A DNA stretch of 32,000 nt from Nitrosopumilus sp. (GCF_029882185.1 NZ_JAOULD010000001.1:56423-88422), one strand, 5' to 3'. Positions 1 to 9,012 are shown, numbered from the stretch's first letter. The notes: generated from the letters alone by a model not told the origin. Numbers and translations are program-made.

Positions 1-2
1 AA

Positions 3-2000
3 GCAAGAGGAATTACAATTTACCAAGCTAACGTTACATTACACTTTACAAAAAACAATACAGAATATGTCATTAACATGATTGATACACCTGGACACGT
101 TGACTTTAGTGGAAGAGTCATTAGAAGTCTAAGGGCTATTGATGGTGCAGTAGTTGTCTGTGATGCCGTAGAAGGTATCATGACACAAACTGAAACGGTA
201 ACCAGAATGGCCCTTGAAGAGAGAGTAAAACCTGTCTTGTTTATCAACAAAGTAGACAGACTCATCAAAGAACTTAGATTGACTCCAGAAAAAATGCAAG
301 CCCAACTAGCAGAAGTGGTTTCAAATTTCAATACTCTTATTGACACCTATGCCGAACCAGAATACAAGCAAAAATGGAAAGTCTCAATTCAGGATTCCAG
401 TGTCACATTTGGTTCTGCAAAAGATAGATGGGCAATTAATTTAGAACTGATGAAAGAAAGAGGAATTACATTCAAAGATGTCATAGATGCATATGAAAAT
501 GAAAAAGTACCAGAACTCGTAGAAAAAGCACCATTGGCAGATGCAGTTCTTGGCATGGTTGTAAATCATCATCCTGCTCCTCATGAAGCAGTAAAGTATA
601 GAATTCCACAAATTTGGAAAGGTGATTTAGAATCTGATATTGGTAAAGCATTGCTTGCATGTGATGACAGTGGACCGACAATTATGATGGTGGTAAACAT
701 GGTTTTAGATCCTGCAGCAGGACCTGTTGCAATTGGAAGACTGTTTTCAGGTACAATCAAAGATGGACAAACTATCAATATAATAGATGAGAAAAGAGAA
801 GGACGTGTCCAATCTGTTAACTTCTTTATGGGTAACCAAAGAGAACAAGTTGGAGAGTTGGGCGCAGGAAACATTCCTGCATTGTTGGGATTAACTGAAT
901 GCAGAGCAGGAAATACTCTATCATCTGTTAAAGGCATTCCAATGTTTGAAGGTGTAAAATATGTCTCAGAACCAGTAGTTCAAATTGCTATAGAGCCAAA
1001 ACATCCAAAAGATTTACCTAAACTTGTAGAAATTTTAAAACAACTCACCATTGAGGATCCAAACCTTATTGTGAAAATTGATGAAGAAAGTGGTGAAACT
1101 ATTGTTGCCGGAATGGGTGTATTGCACTTGGATGTTGCAACACACAGAATTCAAGATGCAAAATGTGAGATTGTGACATCTGAACCTCTGATTAACTATA
1201 GAGAAACTGTAAAAGGAACATGTGAGCCAATTATGGCAAAATCTCCAAACAGACACAACAAGATTTTCATGAAAGTAGAACCTCTAGAACCTAAAATTGC
1301 CCATATGCTAAGAACTGGTGAAATCAGTGACATTAAAGACAAAAAGGTTGTTGCAGATTTACTCAAAGATGCTGGTTGGGATACTGATACAATCAAGAGA
1401 GTTATGAAATTTGATTCACGTGGAAATGTAATGATCAACGGAACAAAGGGTGTGCAGTTTGTCCAAGAGTCTACTGATTCTATTAATTCTGGATTTGAAG
1501 AAGTGATGAAGGAAGGACCTCTCTGTAAAGAGCAGATGAGGGATTGTAAATTCATATTTACTCACTTTGTTCCTCACGAAGACACCGCCCACAGAGGTTT
1601 GTCTCAATTGGGCCCTGCATCTAGAAGAGCATGCATGGGTGCATTACTTACTGCAGGTACTGCCGTATTGGAACCAACTTTGGCAATTGAAGTTCGTGTC
1701 CCAACTGATTTGGTTGGAAACGTTGCAACAATTCTTTCTGGTAAACGAGGCAAAGTTCTTGACATGTCCCAAAAAGGTGCATCCAGTATTGTGGTTGGTG
1801 AGATTCCAGCTTCTGAAACATTCACTTTATCTGAAGCAATGAGAGGTCAAACTGCAGGACGTGCAACCTGGAACACTTCATTTAAGGCATGGACTGAAGT
1901 TCCAAAGTCTATGCTTGCATCTGCAGTTGCCGATATTAGAAAGAGAAAAGGATTGGCTCCAGAACCACCAGGTGTCAACGAGTTTATCGATAAAGAGTAA
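3..2000 (+). CDS. fusA: Translation elongation factor 2 (aEF-2), N-terminus cut off by the window edge
   Basis: The frame is open from base 3 (ARGITIYQANVTLHFTKNNTEYVINMIDTPGHVDF), so the ATG at 78 is internal. GTPase motifs DTPGH and NKVDR are present, as is the diphthamide-type loop HEDTAHRG. Stop TAA at 1998-2000. Confidence 0.97.
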   Translation, partial: ARGITIYQANVTLHFTKNNTEYVINMIDTPGHVDFSGRVIRSLRAIDGAVVVCDAVEGIMTQTETVTRMALEERVKPVLFINKVDRLIKELRLTPEKMQAQLAEVVSNFNTLIDTYAEPEYKQKWKVSIQDSSVTFGSAKDRWAINLELMKERGITFKDVIDAYENEKVPELVEKAPLADAVLGMVVNHHPAPHEAVKYRIPQIWKGDLESDIGKALLACDDSGPTIMMVVNMVLDPAAGPVAIGRLFSGTIKDGQTINIIDEKREGRVQSVNFFMGNQREQVGELGAGNIPALLGLTECRAGNTLSSVKGIPMFEGVKYVSEPVVQIAIEPKHPKDLPKLVEILKQLTIEDPNLIVKIDEESGETIVAGMGVLHLDVATHRIQDAKCEIVTSEPLINYRETVKGTCEPIMAKSPNRHNKIFMKVEPLEPKIAHMLRTGEISDIKDKKVVADLLKDAGWDTDTIKRVMKFDSRGNVMINGTKGVQFVQESTDSINSGFEEVMKEGPLCKEQMRDCKFIFTHFVPHEDTAHRGLSQLGPASRRACMGALLTAGTAVLEPTLAIEVRVPTDLVGNVATILSGKRGKVLDMSQKGASSIVVGEIPASETFTLSEAMRGQTAGRATWNTSFKAWTEVPKSMLASAVADIRKRKGLAPEPPGVNEFIDKE

Positions 2001-2099
2001 AAATAGAATCCCCCTTTTTACGAACAAAATTGTGCTATGTTTTGAAGGAAGGCTAAGTAATGACGAAAGTTATATGGAAAAACATGAAAATAACAAAAA

Positions 2100-2642
2100 T
2101 TGAATTACAATGAAAGAGTTCAAAATTTAGAAAAAACTATCAAAGAACTGGATGACGAATTAAAAATATTGACTGCTAGAAGAGAAGAGAATATGGATAC
2201 AGCTGTAAGATTAGTCAATGATGAAGTAGATAATCTCAATTCTATTGGCACCCAATTAAATTCTCAAACAAGTAAGAAGGATGCATCTATCTTAGAGAAA
2301 CAAATTCAATTTTCTATTGAAAAAATGAAAAATATATTCTTCATGCATAAGAAGATCATGCATTTACATTTAGAGTCATTACGTCTACATAGCAATATTA
2401 TTAGAAAAATATCTCCAGATACTTCCGACCTATTAAATTCAAGAATAGATGAATCAGAAGCATTATCTATACAATTAATTAAAAACTATGATCAATGGCA
2501 GAAAAAAGGATATGATGAAAATGATAAAGAAAGAAATGAATTAACCAAAGAATTGTTTGATAAAATTAATACCGTAGAAAGTGAGATTATAATTTCAAGG
2601 AATTGTATCAGAGACACACTCAATAAAATAAAGAGTAAGTAG
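2100..2642 (+). CDS. Hypothetical coiled-coil protein (180 aa)
   Basis: Long open frame in AT-rich DNA with heptad-like K/E/L/I/N-rich sequence. The start is TTG. A TATA-like ttatat at about 2069-2074 lies about 26 nt upstream. No motif recognised; the true start could be the internal Met32. Confidence 0.5.
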   Translation: MNYNERVQNLEKTIKELDDELKILTARREENMDTAVRLVNDEVDNLNSIGTQLNSQTSKKDASILEKQIQFSIEKMKNIFFMHKKIMHLHLESLRLHSNIIRKISPDTSDLLNSRIDESEALSIQLIKNYDQWQKKGYDENDKERNELTKELFDKINTVESEIIISRNCIRDTLNKIKSK

Positions 2643-2645
2643 ATT

Positions 2646-3047
2646 TCAAAAAAAATTAATACATAAAGCCATCGACTCATCTATTACTTTATCATCCATA
2701 TTCTCAATCCTCCCCAACCAAAACCTCTTCCTGTCTGCATTAAGATTAACCAATCTTTCCACTGTCTTGAATTTTCCAATGGCATCAATTGAATCAGATA
2801 GTATTGCAGTTCTGAGACGATTGACTCTTGTAACCTTCATTATCTGATACAGATTACTGTCTTTCTCAATGGTATCTAGATGCTCGATATCCTTACCGTT
2901 AATCTTTCCAAAACCTCTTTTCTTCCATTTTCCATTGAATCGATAGATGCCATTCTGCAACACATACACGTCATTTCCTGAATTCTCATAGGCAAAACCT
3001 AGTTGACAAATCATACGGAAAGAAAAACCTTCAATTAATAATCTCAA
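2646..3047 (-). CDS. Hypothetical protein (133 aa with TTG start, 122 aa from the ATG at 3014)
   Basis: Open frame with no competing ORF. It is head-to-head with 3116-3520. No motif recognised. Confidence 0.5.
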   Translation of the reverse strand: MRLLIEGFSFRMICQLGFAYENSGNDVYVLQNGIYRFNGKWKKRGFGKINGKDIEHLDTIEKDSNLYQIMKVTRVNRLRTAILSDSIDAIGKFKTVERLVNLNADRKRFWLGRIENMDDKVIDESMALCINFF

Positions 3048-3115
3048 ATCAATTCTTGAGAGTATTTTTTAATTTAGACTGAATAACCTTTGATTAAGAT
3101 TCTATACTTTTATTC

Positions 3116-3520
3116 ATGTATGTAAAATACAATGTTATGCCTTCGTCTGAAATTGATAATTTAGAGCAATCTTGTCAGAAGGTTTTAGGGTTACCAAAAA
3201 TTCGCTTTGTCGGAGTGTTGGACAAAATGGGAAACAAGGTTGCAGGAGGTTTTAAAGAAGGGATAAAGTCGTTTCTTCCTGACAAAGAGAATCGCAGGAT
3301 GTATGTTCAACTTATGCTGGAATACATGATGAGAAAAGACTTTGATGAACAATTGGGATCTATTGACTATATTGTTTCAAGGAGAAGTAACGTGACGATG
3401 ATCAGCATCCCAACTAAAGAGTATCTTGTTTTAATATCTGCTCAAAGAGATGCTAATGCTCAAGAAATCATAATGCATGTCAATTCAGCTTTTACCACAC
3501 TGCCTGACATCAAACCCTGA
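3116..3520 (+). CDS. Uncharacterised small protein, paralog family copy 1 (possible Roadblock/LC7-like fold)
   Basis: Aligns without gaps to the products of 13011-13388 and 14629-15024. Shared blocks are KIRFVGVLDKMGN and DFDEQLGSIDYIVSRRSNVTMISIP. Confidence 0.7.
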   Translation: MYVKYNVMPSSEIDNLEQSCQKVLGLPKIRFVGVLDKMGNKVAGGFKEGIKSFLPDKENRRMYVQLMLEYMMRKDFDEQLGSIDYIVSRRSNVTMISIPTKEYLVLISAQRDANAQEIIMHVNSAFTTLPDIKP

Positions 3521-3647
3521 CTTGCAAAGTTTTTCTAATTAGTGCGTATCTGACTGTCCTCATTTGATTAGACAAATATCTGGCAAATTGCAGTCAAACT
3601 AGAGAAAATAGCGCCATGTCAAAGATGTATTTACAAATAAACACAAC

Positions 3648-3740
3648 ATGGCAGAAATTAACGCAATTATATTTGGTCTTATTTCTGTTGTAATTTCAAT
3701 TATCATATTTTTTGCAAAATCCATGATGATAATCGGCTAA
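3648..3740 (+). CDS. Possible 30-aa single-TM mini-protein
   Basis: My own translation gives MAEINAIIFGLISVVISIIIFFAKSMMIIG, one hydrophobic helix. Its stop overlaps the stop of the convergent methyltransferase gene by 4 bp (CTAA). It is below the ORF-track cutoff and there is no further support. Confidence 0.3.
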   Translation: MAEINAIIFGLISVVISIIIFFAKSMMIIG

Positions 3741-4489
3741 ACCTCTTTACTTGGAAACACGTTGCCAAATGTCTGAATTTTACCCTCCACTTTAACTTCA
3801 ATAGGAATCGGTCTGACATTTTTTGAATGCAATATTGATTTGAGCTGAGTTTTGGTAAACCATTGACTCCTAAATCCCAAGCTGTTGTGGAAAACCCGAT
3901 TCTCTTCATCAAAAGAATCATCATCTATTTTTCTTATCATGGGCATCATGGGTCTGTAAAGTCGTGGTGCGACAAAACCAAAATCATCTCCATTAAATGC
4001 AGTAATTATGACCAAACCCTCCGTCCCAGCAATTTTTCTCATATTGTCTACAAATGATTGCCTTTTCTCAGATGGGATCACCCCAAGCGTGTTATACAGG
4101 CACATCACGATGTTAGTACGTTCTGAATCGAAATGGTCAGAAAGATTAGGGTCTGTTAGATCTAGTTGTAAAAATTTGATATTGTTTGGGTTTCGACCGT
4201 GATTTTCTTTTTTTTCGTTGGCATGCCTTATCATGGGTTTTGATACCTCTACCCCTACAAACTCGACAGAATCCTTCTCAAGCATTTTGTCTAGTGCAAA
4301 TATTGCCCTGCCAGTACCTGCACCCATATCTATGATTGAACAGTTTTTGTTAGATTGACAAATATTTCTGCACAGATTGAAGATAATCTCCATTTCTCTA
4401 TCAAGATATCTGACTATTATGGGATCTTGATTGGATTCAATACTTTTGTCGTAATCTGACGCCATGTCGTCCCAGAGGCCCTCCTTCAT
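3737..4489 (-). CDS. Class I SAM-dependent methyltransferase (250 aa)
   Basis: Motif I IIDMGAGTGRA, followed by an acidic loop (GVEVS) and a post-I/II pattern typical of the Rossmann-fold MTase. Substrate unknown. Confidence 0.85.
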   Translation of the reverse strand: MKEGLWDDMASDYDKSIESNQDPIIVRYLDREMEIIFNLCRNICQSNKNCSIIDMGAGTGRAIFALDKMLEKDSVEFVGVEVSKPMIRHANEKKENHGRNPNNIKFLQLDLTDPNLSDHFDSERTNIVMCLYNTLGVIPSEKRQSFVDNMRKIAGTEGLVIITAFNGDDFGFVAPRLYRPMMPMIRKIDDDSFDEENRVFHNSLGFRSQWFTKTQLKSILHSKNVRPIPIEVKVEGKIQTFGNVFPSKEV

Positions 4490-4867
4490 TGTTTGAGTTT
4501 TTTAGAATTTGTATATTGGTTTTGTTGTTGATTGATAGAATCTCTAAAAAGAAATTACTAGTGATTTGATGTTTCTGGATGATATTTTTTATTGACATGA
4601 TTAAAAACAAAGTTTTGAAATCAATAATTTCCAATGCTCCCAATATGTTTTCTCAACCAATCCTCGTGGAAAAATAAATCTAGTTCCTTAAGAAATATGT
4701 ACAACCAAGGTTAGCTTGGAATTAACGTGAAAAATCTTAAATCTGTTCGCCTATAAGAAATAATGATTCATATTTTGAATCTCGGCTGTAATGTGAAATT
4801 CTGATGCAGTCAAACATTCCAATATGGTTAAGTTTGTTATAATTTAAAGAACAATAGCTGAACATCT

Positions 4868-5089
4868 ATGAATTTTATCACAAAAAAAGTCTTGGAATTT
4901 CAGTACAAAAAGTTAGATGATTCTAAAAAGAGATTGAATCAACATATAGAAAAAAGAGATTCTTTGATTAATTCCAATTATGATTCTAAAAAAGAGATTG
5001 AAAAAATAGAAAAATATATCGGTATTTGGAACAGGAATATTCAAAAAATAGAAAAAGAAATCAAAAAGATCGAAGATAAGGAATCTTAG
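4868..5089 (+). CDS. Small K/E-rich coiled-coil protein (73 aa)
   Basis: Open frame with repetitive EKIEK/IQKIEKEIKKIE heptads. Low-complexity sequence, so coding status is uncertain. Confidence 0.4.
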   Translation: MNFITKKVLEFQYKKLDDSKKRLNQHIEKRDSLINSNYDSKKEIEKIEKYIGIWNRNIQKIEKEIKKIEDKES

Positions 5090-5135
5090 ATTCTAAACTC
5101 CAACACGCTTAAGCTAATACGGAATTCAGAAAGAC

Positions 5136-5249
5136 ATGATTCCTAAAGGAAATATGCCGGGCGTATGTCAAGATTGTGGAGAACATATTTCATATTCTAA
5201 AAAGTCTGTGAAAACTCATTCAGAATTATTGAAAAAACATAGGTACTAA
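5136..5249 (+). CDS. Possible 37-aa C2H2-like zinc-finger mini-protein
   Basis: My own translation gives MIPKGNMPGVCQDCGEHISYSKKSVKTHSELLKKHRY. It has CxxC followed by two His in a C2H2-like layout, though the spacing is not canonical. Below the ORF-track cutoff. Confidence 0.3.
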   Translation: MIPKGNMPGVCQDCGEHISYSKKSVKTHSELLKKHRY

Positions 5250-5296
5250 AATCAAATTAAGATGAATAACTATTTTTAATACCAGAATGTAGTAAA

Positions 5297-6361
5297 ATGA
5301 CAAAAATGTCAATTGATGAGGAAAAATTAATGAATTTTATGCATAAGGCAGTTAATGATCTAGGTGCAACAGTGAGCGCATCACTTGTTGTCATTGGTGA
5401 AAAAATGGGCCTTTACAAAGCAATGGAAGGAGTTGGCCCGATAACTGCAGAAGAACTGTCAAAAAAAACAGGAATAACAGAACGATATGTTTCTGAATGG
5501 CTCAACAATCAAGCTGCAGGAGGGTATGTAATTTATGACCCACAAACACAAACGTATCTTCTTCCAGACGAACATGCGGCATGTCTTGCTGATGAAAATA
5601 GCCCCACCTATCTTCCAGGAGCTTTCCAGTCTTTTACGTCAATGGTTAAAGATGAACACAAGGTAACTGAAGCCTTCAAAAGTGGTGAAGGCATCCATTG
5701 GGGGGATCATCACTGTGACTTGTATGAAGGGGTGGAGAGGTTTTTCAAGACAGGCTATCTTGCAAACCTTGTATCTAATTGGATTCCGTCTCTAGATGGA
5801 ATTGAAACAAAACTGAAATCCGGAATCAAGGTTGCAGACATTGGGTGTGGTCATGGTGCATCCACAATAATAATGGCAAAAGAATATCCAGAATCTGAAT
5901 TCATCGGGTTTGATTTTCATCCTGATTCGGTAAGCATGGCAAGAAAAAGGGCAGAAGATGCAGGAGTAAAAGACCGTGTAAAATTCGAAGTTGCAGATTC
6001 GACTAGTTTTCCTGGAAAAGACTATGATTTTGTTACGGTATTTGATGCATTGCATGACATGGGCAATCCGCATGGCGCCTCAGAGCAAATCTTCAAATCC
6101 ATTAAATCCGATGGATCCTGGATGATTGTAGAGCCATTTGCAAGTGACAAACTGGAAGAAAATCATAATCCGATAGGACGTTTATTTTATGGTGCTTCCA
6201 CTAGTGTATGTGTCCCATGCTCACTTGCGGCAAAAGGACCAGGTTTGGGTGCCCAGGCAGGTCCTGCAAAAATAGAGCGAGTTGTAAAATCTGGTGGATT
6301 TACAAAGTTCAGGATTGCCACAAAGAATCCTTTTAACATTGTGTATGAGGCAAATCCATAA
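5297..6361 (+). CDS. SAM-dependent methyltransferase with an N-terminal winged-helix/dimerisation domain (Rv2258c-like architecture, 354 aa)
   Basis: The N-terminal roughly 90 aa are helical and wHTH-like (ITAEELSKKTGITERYVSEWLNNQAAGGYV). Motif I VADIGCGHGAS is present, and the downstream FDALHDMGNP is typical of this MTase subgroup. Confidence 0.85.
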   Translation: MTKMSIDEEKLMNFMHKAVNDLGATVSASLVVIGEKMGLYKAMEGVGPITAEELSKKTGITERYVSEWLNNQAAGGYVIYDPQTQTYLLPDEHAACLADENSPTYLPGAFQSFTSMVKDEHKVTEAFKSGEGIHWGDHHCDLYEGVERFFKTGYLANLVSNWIPSLDGIETKLKSGIKVADIGCGHGASTIIMAKEYPESEFIGFDFHPDSVSMARKRAEDAGVKDRVKFEVADSTSFPGKDYDFVTVFDALHDMGNPHGASEQIFKSIKSDGSWMIVEPFASDKLEENHNPIGRLFYGASTSVCVPCSLAAKGPGLGAQAGPAKIERVVKSGGFTKFRIATKNPFNIVYEANP

Positions 6362-6408
6362 CACAAATTGCTTTTCCATTCAACTCCCCCGATCCTTTCT
6401 GTTGACTG

Positions 6409-7161
6409 TTGTTAAATCATAGTATTCAAATAATATTGAAAATAAGTAACGTCGTGCCAAGTATCTCTGCTTTTATTCGTATGATGGTCTTGTTTTGGAA
6501 AAATGGTGATGTATTAGAGCCAATATTGAAAACGTTGCCTGAAACACTTCCTAAAATTGGGGATGACTTGAAAAAAAGTGGAAAATTTACTTCAGATGTA
6601 AGTAAAATGCTAAGAGATTAAGGAGGAAATACGATTAATGCAGAAAAAGTCTCAAAACAAGTTGCAACGATTCTCGAGAACACAGAATTCCCAGCATTTA
6701 ATATTTCTGCACCATTCCCATATCATAATCAAGGATCCAAAACTGCATTAAGATGGGCTGCATTCACAATTAGACAGGCAGCAGATTCAATCAAAATTCA
6801 AGTTCCAACTGGAATAACAATGAATCCCAAGACTGTAGGCATAGGATGATTTACGGTACCCATACCTGATGTTGATAAACCTCTAGATCCATATCATATT
6901 TCCTTAGCAACAGAAGTACCTGATGCCCTTAATGATGTAAGTGAGATGTTAAAGACAACAGCAGACGTATTGGAGACCTTGGAATCAAACACTGTTCATC
7001 TCATAAAACAAACCCAAAACCAAATGACTCAATTGGGTGAAACTTTTGGTACGGCAGGCAGTCTTCTTCATACAACTGGGAACTATGTTTACTGTGCAGG
7101 AAAAATATTTCGTTTAGAACCTCCTTTGCCAAACGATGAAATGCAATGTCCGCCTTCATGA
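6409..7161 (+). pseudogene. About 250-codon reading frame interrupted by two in-frame stops (TAA 6619-6621, TGA 6847-6849)
   Basis: Reading the frame with positions = 1 mod 3 from 6409 to 7161 gives three consecutive open segments (70, 75 and 104 codons) in the same frame, separated only by single stop codons. No domain recognised. Confidence 0.5.
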
Positions 7162-7372
7162 TGGAAAAATTATTTTGACATGATGGATATTTCCCATCGC
7201 TAAAAAATATCAAAAAGATTTAGAAAAATTTGAATCAGATTTGAAAGTAATTGAGAATGAAGAAAAAGTATTCAAAGAAAATAGAATACTCGCACTTTGG
7301 TTGCTAATCTGTTCCTATCATACGCAAAAACAAATTAATCTTTTAGAGCACAAAATGATAGGTTACTATTAA
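7136..7372 (+). pseudogene. 78-codon frame with an in-frame TGA (7181-7183)
   Basis: The ATG at 7136 gives MKCNVRLHDGKIILT, then TGA, then WIFPIAKKYQKDLEKFESDLKVIENEEKVFKENRILALWLLICSYHTQKQINLLEHKMIGYY and a stop. The second part has no start codon of its own. Confidence 0.3.
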
Positions 7373-7737
7373 ACTTGGAGTTGGATTCAATCGAATAATT
7401 TCCATGCATAATTGATATGTGGAGGTTAAATACAATTTTTGTATTATGAAATTATGCCTCAGTTAAAAAATAACAAATTCTTCAAAACAATCCAAAACAA
7501 ATGGAATCTCCTAGAGAAACCTGATGGAGAATGGATGTCCTCTGAAGAATAGCCTCGTCGTTAATCCCTAATGGATGTCACGATGATTTTAATGAGTTTC
7601 AAAAAACCCTCTTTATTACGTCTAAATCTGTGCATAGAAAGAGGCCTTTTGTTTTTATCACATATTCGATGATCTTTTGTCAACCCCTTTTTTGTAGATG
7701 TACATTAGCACTAGGTAATCTTTGCATTTTTCATTAT

Positions 7738-7921
7738 ATGCCAAAAATATTTTTTCAAATTTATAAAATGTAAAAACTGTGGCAAGGAGTCGTTTGATTC
7801 AAGACTAAAATTCTGTTCTATAAATTGCCAAGATGATTATATTAGTAATTTAGAAAAACGTGTAATTGGTGCAATGAATGCTGATTCTTCACATGCTGAT
7901 AAAATGAGTTATTCAGAATAA
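7738..7921 (+). pseudogene. Small TRASH/FCS-like zinc-ribbon protein, frameshifted at a T6 run
   Basis: The ATG at 7738 reads MPKIFF and terminates after 11 codons. The +1 frame continues KFIKCKNCGKESFDSRLKFCSINCQDDYISNLEKRVIGAMNADSSHADKMSYSE but has no start codon. Removing one T from the T6 run at 7750-7755 joins the two parts. Confidence 0.4.
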
Positions 7922-8007
7922 TCTTCTCTTATGACTCCTTTCAATCAGAAATTATTTGTTCATTTGAACAAACAAAAAATGTCTGTTTCGAACCAAAATC
8001 ACTAATC

Positions 8008-8056
8008 ATTACCACTCACTAACTTTTATTACCACTCATTACCAATAGTATATATA
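8008..8056 (+). promoter_or_regulatory. Promoter of 8078-8491: direct repeats plus a TATA box
   Basis: ATTACCACTCA occurs at 8008-8018 and 8028-8038, with a partial ATTACCA at 8038-8044. TATATATA at 8049-8056 is centred about 25 nt upstream of the ATG at 8078, which implies a leaderless mRNA. Confidence 0.5.
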
Positions 8057-8077
8057 CTGGAATAATTATGCTGAATC

Positions 8078-8491
8078 ATGAGTACTCAATCTCAAACTAG
8101 CGATGCATTTGCAATGTACAAACAAAATATTCAGAAATATTTTGAAAATGTTTCAAAACTAACTCCGCAATATTTTCAGTCTGCAACAGAATTGCAAAAT
8201 GAATGTATGAAAACTTGTCAAAAAACAATCAATGCCGCAGTTTCAATACAGCAAGAATTTGCAAAGAAATCTGGAATTAATACAGATATTCCTGACTCTG
8301 CAAAAACTGCTATTATTGACACTAACAAGCAAATTGTTCAAGCAAGCACAGTGAACAATCAGTTAGTGAAAACTGCTATTGATGCAACTGTTCAAAATTT
8401 CAAAACATTCAATGAAAATGTTAATGCATTTGCTGAATTGAACAAAAATATCATCCAAACATGGATATCTCCCTTCACACAAAAAAACTAG
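8078..8491 (+). CDS. Gln/Asn-rich helical protein of unknown function (137 aa)
   Basis: Clean ORF with a strong TATA box upstream and T-runs downstream. No Cys/His motifs, no TM segment and no recognisable family. Confidence 0.7.
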   Translation: MSTQSQTSDAFAMYKQNIQKYFENVSKLTPQYFQSATELQNECMKTCQKTINAAVSIQQEFAKKSGINTDIPDSAKTAIIDTNKQIVQASTVNNQLVKTAIDATVQNFKTFNENVNAFAELNKNIIQTWISPFTQKN

Positions 8492-8501
8492 TGTGAATGG
8501 C

Positions 8502-8515
8502 TTTCTTTTTATTTT
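8502..8515 (+). terminator. Oligo-T tract after 8078-8491
   Basis: tttctttttatttt starts 11 nt after the stop codon. Archaeal termination at oligo-T is established, but T-runs are common in this AT-rich DNA. Confidence 0.3.
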
Positions 8516-8980
8516 AAAATTTCATGAAATTTGATGAAGAATCATCAAATCTCATGATGTGTTAGGTAATTTGAATTCCAAAATTTGTATTTAAGCCCGA
8601 TGGATGATTTCTCAGTTGATCTTTTGATCATATTAAATCCGTTCTTTCATGCCTATATTCTGCAAATTCAATATCGGGAATTGACAAATCATCTGTATTT
8701 TTGCATATTTCACAATTTGCAAAATATTGAACAATGTTGCCTGGGATTTTTTAATTTAGACGATCTTATTTCTTGCCTGATTGATGCCAATGTGATTTTG
8801 ATGGTAAAAGGTTGATGGAAAAACGATATTCAAGAAAGAACTCATGGAAGAAGACAGACTCAAACAAGAAGTTACTGAGACAGAAAGAAATTGGATGATC
8901 TTGAAAAATCTGAATCCTAAAACAACAATCTTGATTCCACCTGAGTTTGATTAATAAAATATCAAAAACTAATTAATAGT

Positions 8981-9006
8981 TGACCTGTATTATATAGGTC
9001 GACCTG
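8981..9006 (+). promoter_or_regulatory. Candidate operator/promoter of 9013-9591
   Basis: GACCTG occurs at 8982-8987 and 9001-9006. GACCT (8982-8986) and AGGTC (8996-9000) form an inverted repeat flanking the AT box gtattatata. AGGTCGACCT at 8996-9005 is a perfect 10-bp palindrome, 7 nt before the ATG. Confidence 0.4.
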
Positions 9007-9012
9007 AAGATA

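Noticed and set aside
20-1842. ORF-track entries inside or antisense to EF-2 (20-346, 481-681, 581-937, 1035-1256, 1196-1555, 1416-1607, 1604-1825 on the minus strand; 1567-1842 on the plus strand)
   Set aside because: All are fully embedded in the strongly supported EF-2 frame. Their translations are low-complexity and Cys/Ser/Leu-rich, without motifs.
1861-2103. 80-aa + strand ORF spanning the EF-2 stop
   Set aside because: It is an out-of-frame overlap with the EF-2 3' end and the short spacer, with no supporting signal.
3703-4643. ORFs 3703-3924(-), 3863-4057(+), 4008-4202(+) and 4437-4643(-)
   Set aside because: They overlap the well-supported methyltransferase 3737-4489 in other frames or strands. 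4437-4643 would run across its promoter.
5792-6073. 93-aa antisense ORF inside the methyltransferase 5297-6361
   Set aside because: It is embedded antisense in a motif-supported gene.
6619-7183. Recoding (selenocysteine, pyrrolysine or programmed read-through) as the explanation for the in-frame stops
   Set aside because: One stop is TAA, which is not a Sec or Pyl codon. I saw no SECIS-like hairpin. TGA and TAA terminate neighbouring genes normally. Decay is simpler, although read-through is not formally excluded.
7001-7213. 70-aa minus-strand ORF
   Set aside because: It is antisense to the long interrupted + frame, and its sequence is not protein-like.
8585-8815. 76-aa TTG-initiated ORF, and short minus-strand frames in 8500-8960
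   Set aside because: The composition is odd (F/L/I/C-rich), there is no promoter-like box at the right distance, and the minus-strand frames are also broken. I cannot support a gene here.
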